Below are positions 42,201 to 51,885 of a stretch of 64,000 nucleotides of DNA, piece by piece. Position 1 is the stretch's first letter, and every line of letters starts with the position of its first letter. The translations under genes and the position numbers were made by a program. Below the pieces are notes generated by a model. That model saw only the letters and a program-made list of their open reading frames with translations. It did not search any database and was not told the DNA's origin. Origin of the DNA: Tubulanus polymorphus (Eukaryota; Animalia; Nemertea); NCBI RefSeq assembly GCF_964204645.1, contig NC_134029.1, positions 18,036,950-18,100,949 of the forward strand, in the 5' to 3' direction.

Positions 42201-44261
42201 TTGAAGTCGGTCGCCACATATAAAGGAATCGATGTCAATGCAGCTTTAGTTCAGTGGTTCTGGGAGGTGATGGAAGAGTTCAGTAACGAAGAGCGTTCGT
42301 TATTCCTACGATTTGTCTGGGGACGAACTCGATTGCCACGTACCATCGCCGATTTTAGAGGGCGCGATTTTGTACTTCAGGTAAAACAACTGGAAACACC
42401 TTTGTTTATAGAAAATAATATTTCTTCGAGATTCCATAATCTCTTTAAGATGATAAGATAAAAACCCATTATGTACAAATAAAAGAATTTTGAAATCGAG
42501 AATTTATTCATTCAAACAGTCTAAAATATAAAATTCACGACGTTTCGATCTCACCCTAGAGATCATCGTCAATAAAATCTCGATTTTAAAATTCTTTTAT
42601 TTGTACATAATGGATTTTTATCTCATCATCCGTTCACCACGTTTGAGTGTGGTTATCGCACTGTCTCTTAAAGATTTCTAGATAAAGCAATAAACCTACC
42701 GTATGTGCTTATAACTGATTAATTATATGTCTAAGAAATTGATAAACTATAAGCTATGTAATTGTAATGTAGTTCATCTAGTTCATGGTCCGTCCTCGCT
42801 GTTCAGTCAAATTCACTGTCTCGAGCTCTGGATGTGTCAACTTCTTCATAACAATTTGTTAAATATTTCATGTAATAAGAAATTTTAGGAAATTTCTGAC
42901 GCGAGAAATTCACAAAACATGAACAAATCCATAGACCTGGCAACAGTGCAACTTTTCTTATGAGCACAAATGTGCTATTCGATGAAATACGATTCTCTAT
43001 GACACCTAATCCTTATAATGCTTTGTTTTTCTTGGTCCCTATTGTGGTGTTAACATCGTTAAGTCGTTGGATTTACCATAGATTCACTTATATCGTATTA
43101 TTTCCCAGGTCCCGATTTTTTCCTTCTATTGGGCCTTAAAAAAACCTCGAATATACCGTATTTTTTATAACGTGGATCGCTTATATCGTATAAATTATTT
43201 TGTCCCAATTAGTCAAATCAACTTTATTATCCTCGGATATAATGTATTGCAAAAATTAAAAAATGAGAAAAAATACAACTGATAAAAACGAAAGTGTTAA
43301 TACAGTGCAATAGTCCTAATACTGTATATACGAACACGTGCCATGTCTGAGTTATTGATAGTTTCCATGACAGCACTTGCATACATGTATAGGCATATCA
43401 TAGCCTTACACAATACGCTGAAGTCAGTAGCGCGTGTTTTAAAGCAGCATGATGCCTTCTAAAAGAAAGGTGATTAGTTATCAAGAGAAGTATGATATTA
43501 TTTAAGGAGGCAAATATTACGGTAATTATTTCTTCTCCGATTATTCAACACATTGAAGTCTTTTATGCACACCATAGGCATGCATGGTTTTAAATGACAT
43601 TCGGCTATAACGAAGTTTCTACGGTATATACGTATACCGTATTTTGGTTATAACGTAGAGATTATCTGGTCCCGACTGCTTCGTTACATCCGAGGTAGAC
43701 TGAACCACAATAGGGACCAAGAAAACACCAGACTAGTTCTATTGGTCTACTGGCATGTTTGGTTCCTACGTACGACTCGGGGTTTGATCCCCGGCGAATG
43801 CTCGTAATTTCACTGTCACTACCGTGATCGTTACATTGGTGGAGAGCTCAAATTGATCTCAGTAATACCTCATCATCCTGCATTCGCGACTGTATAAATG
43901 ATTAATTTTGAAAACCATTGATCAACTGGCCTTCATGGTTACAGTGATGACATCTTAATTTTTTTTTTCATTTCAGGTATTAGAGAAGTACAATCCTCCC
44001 GACGACTTCCTTCCGGAGAGTTATACGTGTTTCTTCTTGTTGAAAATGCCGCGTTATTCGTGTAAAGAAGTGCTACGCGACAAACTGAAATACGCGATAC
44101 ATTTCTGTAAATCGATCGACACCGACGACTACGCTCGCATCGCGCTCAGCGGGGACGCCATCGACGACGATACGACCGGGGACGATACGGACAGCGAACT
44201 GCCCGCATTTGCGGACGGGGATTCAGACGTCGTAATCGTCGATGATTCAGATGTTGAATGA
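55..44261 (+). CDS. HERC2: HERC2 E3 ubiquitin-protein ligase, 3' portion (39 coding exons; 5' part lies upstream of the window)
   Basis: GT-AG exons translate in order to CPH ([20 protein letters not shown]), ZZ finger, DOC ([15 protein letters not shown]), two RCC1-like domains ([25 protein letters not shown]) and HECT ([13 protein letters not shown]...LPESYTCFF), stop at 44259-44261. This domain order is diagnostic for HERC2. Confidence 0.97.
608..743 (+). CDS. HERC2: HERC2 exon (CPH domain)
   Basis: [16 protein letters not shown]...[12 protein letters not shown]. Confidence 0.88.
854..1012 (+). CDS. HERC2: HERC2 exon
   Basis: [23 protein letters not shown]. Confidence 0.85.
1339..1447 (+). 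CDS. HERC2: HERC2 exon
   Basis: [26 protein letters not shown]. Confidence 0.88.
1562..1695 (+). CDS. HERC2: HERC2 exon (ZZ zinc finger)
   Basis: [26 protein letters not shown]...HPH. Confidence 0.9.
2194..2384 (+). CDS. HERC2: HERC2 exon (DOC domain start)
   Basis: LSVSS...[17 protein letters not shown]|gtaagt. Confidence 0.88.
2762..2959 (+). CDS. HERC2: HERC2 exon (DOC domain)
   Basis: HWIRLEIH...[14 protein letters not shown]. Confidence 0.9.
7311..8492 (-). mobile_element. Helentron/HINE-like non-autonomous element inserted in the satellite
   Basis: Interrupts the monomer at gttaca^aaaaatc. Subterminal IR tttgacgcc (7338) / ggcgtcaaa (8484). On the minus strand the 3' end is a hairpin AATTTT-CT-AAAATT plus CTTGTT; insertion is in a T-run. 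Confidence 0.6.
9123..9621. mobile_element. Long-TIR MITE with TA target duplication (Tc1/mariner-like)
   Basis: TA|ctgtctgtcacac...gtgtgacagacag|TA; inverted arms extend ~200 bp; interrupts the satellite at gaact^. Confidence 0.85.
15840..16129. mobile_element. MITE (hAT-like termini) inserted in the satellite
   Basis: cagagccgtcggaa / ttctgacggctcag; TTAAT duplicated relative to the empty monomer tgcattaatacatt. Confidence 0.7.
17483..17758 (+). CDS. HERC2: HERC2 exon (DOC end, RLD2 start)
   Basis: [22 protein letters not shown]...[14 protein letters not shown]. Confidence 0.9.
18662..18743 (+). CDS. HERC2: HERC2 exon (RLD2)
   Basis: IKTP...[11 protein letters not shown]. Confidence 0.85.
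18829..19063 (+). CDS. HERC2: HERC2 exon (RLD2)
   Basis: [13 protein letters not shown]...[10 protein letters not shown]...[12 protein letters not shown]. Confidence 0.9.
19404..19581 (+). CDS. HERC2: HERC2 exon (RLD2)
   Basis: [11 protein letters not shown]...[13 protein letters not shown]. Confidence 0.9.
19908..20161 (+). CDS. HERC2: HERC2 exon (RLD2)
   Basis: [13 protein letters not shown]...[14 protein letters not shown]. Confidence 0.9.
20304..20448 (+). CDS. HERC2: HERC2 exon (RLD2)
   Basis: [11 protein letters not shown]...[11 protein letters not shown]. Confidence 0.9.
20901..21126 (+). CDS. HERC2: HERC2 exon (RLD2 end)
   Basis: [13 protein letters not shown]...HEPVLF...RDPLG. 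Confidence 0.9.
21636..21816 (+). CDS. HERC2: HERC2 exon
   Basis: [10 protein letters not shown]...KQQALQHI; phases fit neighbouring exons. Confidence 0.82.
22126..22324 (+). CDS. HERC2: HERC2 exon (low-complexity linker)
   Basis: IAVVFALMK...; tgtag|...|gtatgt. Confidence 0.78.
22476..22586 (+). CDS. HERC2: HERC2 exon (linker)
   Basis: open phase-0 exon ...[17 protein letters not shown]|gtaatt. Confidence 0.7.
23135..23483 (+). CDS. HERC2: HERC2 exon
   Basis: [14 protein letters not shown]...[11 protein letters not shown]...ESPHPYTDD. Confidence 0.88.
23588..23695 (+). CDS. HERC2: HERC2 exon
   Basis: [21 protein letters not shown]. Confidence 0.9.
23804..24262. mobile_element. hAT-like MITE
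   Basis: perfect TIR cagagctgccaac / gttggcagctctg. Confidence 0.7.
25091..25381 (+). CDS. HERC2: HERC2 exon
   Basis: [31 protein letters not shown]. Confidence 0.9.
25611..25747 (+). CDS. HERC2: HERC2 exon
   Basis: [12 protein letters not shown]. Confidence 0.85.
26020..26310. mobile_element. hAT-like MITE family (related fragment at ~22710-22795)
   Basis: ggccactgacctgggaaactc...tcagggaa repeats; ends gtggccaccc; the same motif occurs at 22712. Confidence 0.5.
26354..26479 (+). CDS. HERC2: HERC2 exon
   Basis: [29 protein letters not shown]. Confidence 0.9.
26948..28942 (+). pseudogene. DIRS gag-like ORF1 (Cys/His-rich N-terminus, RS-rich middle), disrupted
   Basis: CGH...HDSCASC...C...C..C..W; stops at 27155 and 28411 plus frameshifts; basic C-terminus overlaps the start of the RT region. 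Confidence 0.75.
28955..30817 (+). CDS. DIRS reverse transcriptase-RNase H (YLND), followed by a frameshifted adenine methyltransferase-like domain
   Basis: [55 protein letters not shown]; DLFAT then (frame of 30441) DAFSLDW..YAFPP. Confidence 0.92.
   Translation: MGGCLQQAATHWSDLFGDGWPSRVVSRGYRLRFLRRPRLMRSPPDMRPKPGQEALISPALKELAEKGAIEPVCNETSPGWFSRIFMVPKATGGQRTVIGLSSLNRHLDIPRFRMTKPKDVIQGLRPGQWAASLDLKDAYFQVPIHPKSRRFLRIKWKGRQFQFRSLPFGLSTALWVFTKLVKSVQKVLQSRGVRLFVYLNDWLIVANSAQECREAMTSVLDLVHQLGFRVNREKSQLTPAQQFTYLGMDFDLRIGKVFPSMVRVAKLQEAVAGVSTTPRTARYWSRLLGSISSMGLVVPLGRLRSRRLQQYWKAFWSQSKALIPIPPTDLSPDLQWWAATTNLRLGVSLAPLEAPVRVFTDASHQGWGAHLENRVKAGRWSRYEATNHINFLEMLAVWKALKFFHRRVEGHHVWLATDNSTVRAYLQNQGGTQTETLTGVSAKILLWCQTKGVSLTVAHLAGKRNVMADALSRRGQAIATEWVLHQEVADRVRGIFGNPLLDLFATRFNRRCPLFVSPFSRRGSVGGRCLLSGLVGDAYICVPAHTSPAALTGSNREISQLQHSSGSTMLAGSEMVPTISQPTVRQPQDSSEFLIASVSGELSASSKQPVVKSARLAIVQ
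30821..31879 (+). CDS. DIRS tyrosine recombinase
   Basis: ARRSEIH, FLAKNQ, LCPV, SHQVRS, W.SPSTF..FY. Confidence 0.93.
   Translation: MSASGFSEQAASFIAGSKRPSTSTIYNAKWSHFVDWCAAGEIDPCSPSVAQLADFLLHLFVVKGLQVITIKGYHSAISHTLRASGWPNVAGDHRISQLVAGFSISRPRVTRTVPPWDLSVILKKLMEAPFEPLSAASFANLSKKTVFLLFLACLARRSEIHVLSVRQGHIVFGPANDFVSLRPALEFLAKNQRPGSVGRQWRIEALKHRVEPGIPDRTLCPVQALCFYLDRSASRRGSRERLFIPLLDHLKGDISRDTVARWVSSLIKDILLKENLSSEGVVSHQVRSMATSCAAFSGAPLEEVCRAAFWNSPSTFTSFYLRDVSGQLGSLASLGPVVMAQGVRSFRSNPLV
32138..32235. other. DIRS internal complementary region (circle-junction template)
   Basis: First half is the reverse complement of the left end (tatttccgtcgagtactgtaccctttcc...); second half is the reverse complement of the right extension (...ccaaaaattgtaa). 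Confidence 0.92.
32875..33146 (+). CDS. HERC2: HERC2 exon
   Basis: VLVALACDL...[10 protein letters not shown]...EQDEQLLQW. Confidence 0.9.
33720..33918 (+). CDS. HERC2: HERC2 exon (RLD3 start)
   Basis: [27 protein letters not shown]. Confidence 0.9.
34448..34662 (+). CDS. HERC2: HERC2 exon (RLD3)
   Basis: [14 protein letters not shown]...[10 protein letters not shown]. Confidence 0.9.
35197..35374 (+). CDS. HERC2: HERC2 exon (RLD3)
   Basis: AAGGAHSAA...[13 protein letters not shown]. Confidence 0.9.
35851..35974 (+). CDS. HERC2: HERC2 exon (RLD3)
   Basis: [13 protein letters not shown]...[10 protein letters not shown]. Confidence 0.88.
36571..36700 (+). CDS. HERC2: HERC2 exon (RLD3)
   Basis: [11 protein letters not shown]...[11 protein letters not shown]. 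Confidence 0.88.
37280..37419 (+). CDS. HERC2: HERC2 exon (RLD3)
   Basis: [19 protein letters not shown]...ACGSLHC. Confidence 0.88.
37892..37987 (+). CDS. HERC2: HERC2 exon (RLD3)
   Basis: [13 protein letters not shown]. Confidence 0.88.
38121..38422 (+). CDS. HERC2: HERC2 exon (RLD3 end)
   Basis: [13 protein letters not shown]...[12 protein letters not shown]. Confidence 0.9.
38527..38610 (+). CDS. HERC2: HERC2 exon
   Basis: [28 protein letters not shown]. Confidence 0.9.
38709..39798. mobile_element. Tc1/pogo-like non-autonomous element, TA TSD
   Basis: TA|cagtggaacctc...gaggttccactg|TA; the same TIR family occurs at 46182-46355 and partially at ~33435-33450. Confidence 0.75.
40107..40248 (+). 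CDS. HERC2: HERC2 exon (HECT start)
   Basis: [21 protein letters not shown]...RVWKVKFV. Confidence 0.9.
40347..40541 (+). CDS. HERC2: HERC2 exon (HECT)
   Basis: [22 protein letters not shown]. Confidence 0.92.
40706..40840 (+). CDS. HERC2: HERC2 exon (HECT)
   Basis: [24 protein letters not shown]. Confidence 0.9.
41026..41205 (+). mobile_element. Penelope-like inverted pLTR remnant with a hammerhead-like core
   Basis: Inverted arms 41026-41080 / 41151-41205; CTGATGA-caggatatgatccc-GAAA at 41119-41143 followed by AATAAA. Confidence 0.55.
41431..41593 (+). CDS. HERC2: HERC2 exon (HECT)
   Basis: GLMCIKDM...[17 protein letters not shown]. Confidence 0.9.
41984..42089 (+). CDS. HERC2: HERC2 exon (HECT)
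   Basis: [29 protein letters not shown]. Confidence 0.9.
42168..42380 (+). CDS. HERC2: HERC2 exon (HECT C-lobe)
   Basis: VCGSPDIP...WFWEVM...[12 protein letters not shown]. Confidence 0.92.
42449..42665 (-). mobile_element. Penelope-like inverted pLTR remnant with a hammerhead-like core
   Basis: ~60-bp inverted arms; minus strand TGACGA-t-gatctc-tagggt-gagatc-GAAACGTC then AATAAA; flanks tctctttaaga / tctcttaaaga resemble a TSD. Confidence 0.6.
43977..44261 (+). CDS. HERC2: HERC2 last coding exon (catalytic Cys, acidic tail)
   Basis: [17 protein letters not shown]...SIDTD then acidic tail, TGA. Confidence 0.92.
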   Translation, partial: VLEKYNPPDDFLPESYTCFFLLKMPRYSCKEVLRDKLKYAIHFCKSIDTDDYARIALSGDAIDDDTTGDDTDSELPAFADGDSDVVIVDDSDVE

Positions 44262-44426
44262 ATTTAGAATCCGTAATGCTTGCCGTAGTGCGTGTGTAAA
44301 TTTATTTCAAGTTGCCAACTCATGGAAATTTATCCATGAAACAAAGATAAAAACTCCACATGTGTATATATGATCATATGAATTAAAGTCGTTGTCATAG
44401 TATAACGTCCATTAAACAAATAATCC

Positions 44427-44705
44427 TGTGACAGACTAGGCGAATTTCATTGGCCAATCGATTTTTGCCAGTGTGCCAAGAGATGAGATGCAAATTTTCT
44501 AGTCAGTTCTAGAATTTTACGATCAAACAAGCTATACATTATCATCAAATTTTTAATCAGCGATTACTCATTTCGCAAAGTTTCGCCTTAACTGAATATA
44601 TTCAGTGTAAAATAAATGCTGACTCATGCAACGATTTGATGGGCAAATTTTTTTGTCTCCTGAATTCAATCACAAGCGAAATAGAAATTCACCTAGTGTG
44701 TCACA
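44427..44705. mobile_element. MITE in the putative HERC2 3' UTR
   Basis: tgtgacagactaggcgaatttc / gaaattcacctagtgtgtcaca. Confidence 0.6.
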
Positions 44706-46181
44706 AGCTGATGATTCCTTTTCGTTATGATAATAAGCAGATTCTGTTTTAGTTGTTTATTTCCGTATATCAGGACATTCATTTTGTCGTTTATTGCGAA
44801 AAAAAATAAAATATTCATTCTGTTCCACTTGGTAGATCGTAAGACTAGCTCCAGGCAGGGTACAGCTAGCAGTTTGCCTTTGGTTGTCTGTGAACAGCTT
44901 CAAAACAAGTGTGTTAAGACGCGGATGTGAAGCTTGTACCCCATGGACTGCATGGTTATTGACATATGTCACGGGTTCTTGGCAATTGTGCCAAGAGCTA
45001 ACTGTATCCAGTGGTCATGGCGAGTACTTTGTAACCTTGATAGTATATGGATAAAACATGCACCATGGCTAAAATGATACCTTTCTCAACCCATCTAATC
45101 GTATCTAAGGCAATATCAATCCATACCGATGATTTTGTTGATCGAGCTTACATATTTCGAGCCTCAGGACCTTTGGTCCTCTAGTTTTCAAACGTGCAGG
45201 GATGCCAACTTTTCCGTTATGTCTTAAATCTCTGTAGCCTAATACCTTTACCGACCAACTTAACTTGTCTTCACCCTGAGTTCGAGTTTTAATTCTTTAT
45301 CCATCGTTCTATTAAAAAGTTTCTTTCTAGTTGTATAAATCTGCATACACAGTTCCATGGGTCTAGTTTGTACAGGTGTAGTTTGCTCTAGTGTTAGTTT
45401 GACCGTACAGAGCTCTTTAGATCAACCCCGATAAACTGCCACCGTCAACTTACGCCAGCTTTTTCTGAGAATAAAAATTTCTTTTTTTAATTAATGAGGA
45501 AAATACCCTGATGTTATTATATTATATTGTTGTTATTATTATATGATGCTATAACGCCAAAGTCACCAATGTGGGTTTTATATCGGGGTTGACATCTCCG
45601 ATTAACCTTAGATTCAACTCAGAACTGTGGAACTGAATTGTTATTTTTGGTTTCTATCTGGTCTGTTTTAAAATGCTTACTACTTATTGTGATATTACGT
45701 ACTATTAATATCTGTAATATGTAATATATTAGTTAGTCATGTGTATAGTGTAGTAAACTTTCATTGTTGGATTTTTCATAGTTGCTCAAACGATTTCTGT
45801 TTTATATGATAGGTTATCATACTTGTACATATCGAGTTTTAAATCTATCGAATCATTTCAACTGAAAACATATCGATGTCTATTTAAGTTTCGATGAAAG
45901 TACCTTAAATCGTTGTGTGTTGAACCAGTAGTTTAAAGTACGTATATCTTTTCAAGCATTCCGATACTGCAGTAACATATTAAATCATATAATTACGTGT
46001 AATGTACTACGCATGGTATTTGATGGCCAATCTTGTTGAAGCCATTTTTCGTGAAGTGTCATCCTTGAAACTTTTATTCATTTGTTCCCGATGGCTTTCT
46101 TGCTTCTCAAGTTGTCCCTGACTCGATGTGTACATCATTTGGTGCTCTAGAATCAGGAATAATTTAATAATAAGTTAGGTA

Positions 46182-46355
46182 CAGTGGAACTTCGTAACAA
46201 CGAACTTCATGGAACCAGAAAATATGTTCATTATAACTGATAGTTTGTTATATCCAGAGTGAAATTGATTAAATTTTCTTACTTGGGACGAAATTCTGTA
46301 TTTGTTATATCCGATGGATTGTTGAATCCGAGCTCGTTATAATAAGGTTCCACTG
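46182..46355. mobile_element. Tc1/pogo-like MITE
   Basis: cagtggaacttcgtaac / gttataataaggttccactg. Confidence 0.7.
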
Positions 46356-47549
46356 CATATAAACAATACCAATGATACTTTAATGAAATGTTAAGATGTT
46401 CAATGAAACTAACCTCAGTTCCACAGTTTGGCATTTTCTCTCACTGAATTTCAATCCATAATGATGGAATTGGGAAATTTTGGTAAGGTCGCATAAAACT
46501 AAAATACCTTTTTGCTGCAGTCAATTTTCAGTTAGCAGCTGCATATGTGTTTAATCTATATCGCATTATTGAGATGTTTGTTAGTTTCTAGTTGAGTTAT
46601 GTGATACCACATCTTATTATGGAGATTGAGCCATGTCGATAGCAACGGTGTAAAACCAGTTTGTCGATCAGAGCAGCGTAGTTTGGTTGACCATTGCATC
46701 GTGTGACAGAAAGTGGAACATGTGCATTGCAACGTTGCCAGTAGTTATGAGGGCACATAGTTGGTCAGATCATTTTGATGCGATCGTGATGAGTGCTGGC
46801 ATTACATCGTCAGGTATACCTCTTTACCCAACAATGATTTCAAGTTACTGGTATTCATGGTAATTTTTCAATTGATTTATCATGGTTTTTTGTAACATTC
46901 AAATTTGTAATAGGAATGATAGTAATCCGTTTGGTTTGTTTTAATTTATTATGTAAATACTTACTGTAATGACAAATATATATGATACATCGATTCAGAC
47001 ATTATTCGTTATTCTGTATTATTTGGTTGGCTGCCAGTATGCCCGTCAACTAAATGAACGAGACGAACACTGCATCATGATTATCAAGATTTACGTCACT
47101 CTGTTCCAATAATACCTCCCACAATGTAAAAAAAACTATTGCTTCTTCCTACTTAGCCAGTGTGTCAGGACAGTCAAAAAGTTGTTAATGTTTTTACTGC
47201 GATAGTAGTGAGGGGTTAGATGTTCTCCTTCCGGATTTTTTTCTAGACAGTTATTTAAAGGACTCTGCTAGCCCATCAGAAGCTACCAAACCCGCAAACC
47301 CTCTTGAACCTCAAATCGCCCCTTGTCATTGACCATTGATGACCATATTTATTTTCATGTACTCTAGAAAATTTCTGTGCCTTGTACCAGTATTCCTTCC
47401 ACGTCCTTGAGAGATCCTTCCGCTTAACCGAAGAGATAAAATGAAAGGCTGAGAACATATTTATAAAATTATTACAAATTTTAATAACATTTTTTCAGTC
47501 ATCTAGTTAAGCAGATACATCATTTACACATTTTCTTTCACGAGTTAAA

Positions 47550-47950
47550 TTATGCAATACACAGAGTCCCTAAATATAACAAATAAATCTACTAAATTTA
47601 CATTGACTTAAAAAAAAACAATTCTACAAACCTCTGCTAACATCCTTTAAATCATCATCATTAATGCTTACTATTCTTCTGTTCTATGATTGTTAGTAAC
47701 TAGTTATTGTCAAAGATATAGAATAATAGTCTTAAGATAGATGAATCTCTTACTATTTAGCACTAATACAGAAATATATTATGGATTAGTTCACACAACA
47801 GTGCAGTGTATAAATCAATGATGGACTTTGCTGGTACACCACATCGCTCTGTATTGATGCAATAATTTTCAGCCCACTTGTTCCAGCGGGCTATTGCGTT
47901 CAATTTCGTCCATCAACCATCCGTAGACAGAATCCCGTTATTTTTAGAAG
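47550..47950 (-). pseudogene. Possible degenerate LINE (L2/CR1-like) 3' remnant
   Basis: Minus-strand ERCGVPAKSIIDLYTALL resembles the LINE RT C-terminal region; heavily decayed. Confidence 0.3.
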
Positions 47951-48398
47951 TTTTAAGAACCCTTCAATCTAGCTTCAATGTAGTGTCTTGATATTTGGGT
48001 TACACATGTATCTACCCTAGACACACCTTCAGCCCAAAAACTGGCTAAGTCAGATTCAAGACGGCCGACTGGCAGCCATTGTTCGTCGACAAAATCAGCA
48101 CTTTTTACACATTTTGAACTTTTTGAGGGAAATTTTGAAGAGGCTTCGATCAATTACCTTGATCTTTCATATATCTTTGAAACCCCCAAGGGCCCATCAG
48201 CAAACAAAAAATTGGGTCGATCGGATTCAAGATGGCTGACCTTTTTTGTGCCCAAAAATTACAATTTTGGCCCAAATTCTGAGTCCTGTAGCTTCCAACT
48301 GGTTTGCCATTTTTCTTTGCAATCCGTGATGGGTATTCTTAGGAAAGGGATCTTTTATACCTGAGACGGGTATTTTTGATCAGATTGAGCATATAGAG

Positions 48399-48705
48399 TT
48401 ACCACAATCAATTGCAAGGTTGTAGCTCATAACGTGTTCTACGATATTGGTGAGTTTCAAGGTCGTTTCAAGGTCATTACTTTTTGTATATGGCCACCAG
48501 GGGGCGTTGAATAATACAATAACTTAGTATTTCTATATTATATTCGTACCTATGCATATTTTGTTACCACAATCAATTGCAAAGTTGTAGCTCATGACAT
48601 CATCTATGATTGTGGTGAGTTTTAAGGACATTAGTTATTCTATATGGTCACCAGGGGGCGTTGAATATTAGAATAACTTAGCATTTTCTTATTATATTGG
48701 TACCT
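48399..48705. repeat. Two ~165-bp tandem units (HINE-like core repeat)
   Basis: ttaccacaatcaattgcaa...caccagggggcgttgaata occurs twice. Confidence 0.65.
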
Positions 48706-48707
48706 AG

Positions 48708-49755
48708 TGTTATATAGGTAAGGGGTTAAAATAAATGTTGAAATCACATGACCTTAAGTCCGGAGACTTTTGAGAGACTTTTGAAAAATGCTTTGTAAAC
48801 CCCGGGAGGCGTTTTGGGCGCTGTATGAACAAGATACGGATTTGTGATTACAGTTAATTGTCATTCTTTTATTAATCGACGAACAAACCGAAGAGGAACA
48901 CAACATGGTGCAGAACCCGGGCATCTTATGCTGTTATTTTGAAATTTTGTTCGTCGTCGTCTCTAAGTACATGCGATAATACCGGTTAATTTAAAATGTT
49001 TTAATCAAACCGGATCAAGACAGTTGTTCAAATAATAACGTCGTCGAACGCCGTTGCCGTTGCGTTACTGATACAGATAGGAGGAATTAAAAGCAGGCAG
49101 CTTATTCAGTAAACAACAGATATTTGAAATCGTTGTCCGGCCGACATAACAGATCAACATCGAGAAGTCACTTTTTATGCTTTTGGAAAAAGTTTTTTTT
49201 CTATTTCGCTGGATTTTCTTTATTTATATGGACATGGACATATATTAACACACGTGGTCGACGTCGTCAACCTTTCAACCAGAAGTCTACAACCCATAGA
49301 ATCGGAACTTCTTCAGCATTGACCTGTGACCCGGAACGTCATCACGTAACACCGGAAGTGATCGTCATTGCGGGAAATACCAAACCAGGAAATAAACTCT
49401 CAACTATCTGAACTCTCGAACTTTTGCGACTCGACTGGATGTCATAAACTACTACTCTACTATTGTACACTGGCCTACTAATACGATGATGCGATGAACA
49501 TATGATAACTCAAGAGTCATTCGAATCGAACTCTAGATAAACTATCTATTTTGGGCATTAAATTTGGATAAATTTTGTGCAAAAAACAATTTAAATAATT
49601 CATTTCACATCTACTTTAGTAAGTATAATAAATTGAGTATATTTGGTAAGTACATAAATTGTATGAATCTGGAATTTTTTTGTTAGGGTAGTGTTTCAGA
49701 GAGCATCAAGTCTCCAGTGTGTGGTCTATTTTCATTTTAGACTGTGTCTGTGACA
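48708..49755 (+). mobile_element. Gypsy-type LTR (TGT...ACA)
   Basis: Starts tgttatataggtaagggg; its first ~190 bp are repeated at 57232-57423; probable end tgtgaca. Confidence 0.7.
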
Positions 49756-49788
49756 CCCACAGCCCCTTGTATTTGTACTACTGGTTTC

Positions 49789-51885
49789 GGGTCAAAAGGT
49801 CCTCATGTTAAAACGTCCTCGCATACCAGGTCAAAACGTCCTCACTCACGCCAGAATAACTTAATCATACAAATAAATTCCTTCAATGCATAGTTTATTT
49901 CTACTGTTAAATAGTTAAAGAGTTATACGCTTTAATATGATCTGTGATGATAGATGGCGTATGAACCAATCGGCACTCTCATCTGGCTTGGAGTTCTTTA
50001 TATCGGCAATTTGCGAAATCGAAAAATTTCAGGTGGCCTTACCGAGCCAATAATTTCTGATTATGATTTTTTCCCGTACGAAGGTTATTCAAAAAACTTA
50101 GCTAGGCCCAATCCTCCCATCATCAGGGAACGAAATTGAGATACAAAGTTGCAATTGTTAGAGATCAATCTTAATAGCTTATGGAGATGGAAAACACATA
50201 CATGTACTTAAATTCTGCTTAAGAATGATATTTTCAGATATGTTCTTTTAATTTTCATATGATGAATATCACTTTGAAGAGATATTGAATATACTTTAAG
50301 TTTACGTGTTTAATGATGATTCAAGCATTAGCTATTTAGGGAGAGTGACATCCAATTGGAGTAGAAAACTAAATTGAGAAGAGAAAAACTTTTAAATAAA
50401 TTATGAGTGAGCAAGGTAATGAATTCCAAATTAATTAAAATTTGGGTGCAAATAAATTATGAGTGAGCAAGGTATACCAAATAAATCAAGATTCAAGTAC
50501 AAATAAATTATGAGTGAGCGATGAAGTAATTAATAACTAATAAATCATAATTTAGGAACCTGTTTAAGGTTTAAAAATAATTTAGAATACTGTTAAAACT
50601 CGCCGCACCAATGGAAATAAAGTATGGACATGTAGTGTCAGAAATAAGAATGTTTGGTGTAAGGCTACTGTTCAACAGCATGGTCAATCTTACACCCACA
50701 GCCCACAACTGCACTGTCATGAGGCCTCACTGGGCGCAGCGCGGGCGACTAAAGTCAAAGCAGCAATAAAAGAAGTGGCAAAGAGTGATATCTTTACGTC
50801 AGCCGTTGCAATCTCAAATAGAGTCATCCAAGAACAAGGTCTCACCACAACCAGCGAACTGATACCTGTACTGCCGAAGGTTGAAAATCTAGCTCGAGCT
50901 GCAAACAGACACCGCCAAAAGCTACGACCGGCTGATCCTACGGATATCAACTTTGAGATGGACAACAACTTCATCCTTGGTGATTTTCTGATTGGTGATA
51001 TTAAACACAAAGGAAGAAGGCACGTCATGTTCGCTATCCGAAACATGGTCAATCTCTTGAAGAAAGCGAAGACATGGTACGCAGACAGCACATTTAAAGT
51101 AGTGAAGGAGCCGTTTTCTCAGCTGTTTAGTATACACGCCTTCATCTGTCAAGGTGACAACAGCAAACAAGTTCCCCTCCTGTTCTGCTTGATGTCTGGT
51201 CGTAAGAAGAGCGATTACTGTGCTAACTTAAACATATTTGCGACGTCTTTGATACTGAAGCAAGCATTGAAACAGTGATCGATTTTGAGGCTGCGATGTG
51301 GAAGGCATTTCCTAATGTCTTCCCAGATGTCGAAGTTCGAGGCTGCGGTTTTCACTGGACACAGTGCATTTGGCGAAAGATTCAAGAGCTTGGCAGCACA
51401 ATGAAACATACAAGTACCTTCGGCAACTCATGGCATTGTCATACCTTCCAGCGGAGCATATCACACCTCTTTTTAATCGGCTAATGGAAAAAGCTACAAT
51501 ACCACAGATCCAAGAACTGGTTAATTACATGGATGAAACACGGATACGCGGTAATATCTGGGAACCGAGCAAGTGGAGGGTATTCAACCAGTCGATAAGA
51601 ATGAACAATGACACCGAAGGATAGCACGCTAAACTCAACCACCAAGCAAAGAAAAATAGCCTCCCGTTTTATTTGCTGGTTACACTACTACACGAAGAAG
51701 CGTTAATGGTCAATCTTCAAGTGAAGTTGGTGTCAGACAGCAAACTGAAAAGAATACAAAGAAAGAAATATAGACAGATTCAGGGAAAAGTCTTCAAGAT
51801 ATGGGAAAAGTATACGGAAAGAGATATTAGCGCAAAACAACTGCTTCATGAATGTTCACACATAAATGGTCCTCCGGTCGATTAA
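49789..51885 (+). pseudogene. MULE/Mutator DNA transposon, disrupted transposase (~50640-51885)
   Basis: Terminal-like repeats ggtcaaaacgtcctc; [47 protein letters not shown]; frameshifts and stops. Confidence 0.85.

Noticed and set aside
43770-43830. tRNA gene (ggtttgatcccc B-box-like)
   Set aside because: No cloverleaf; at most a decayed SINE head.
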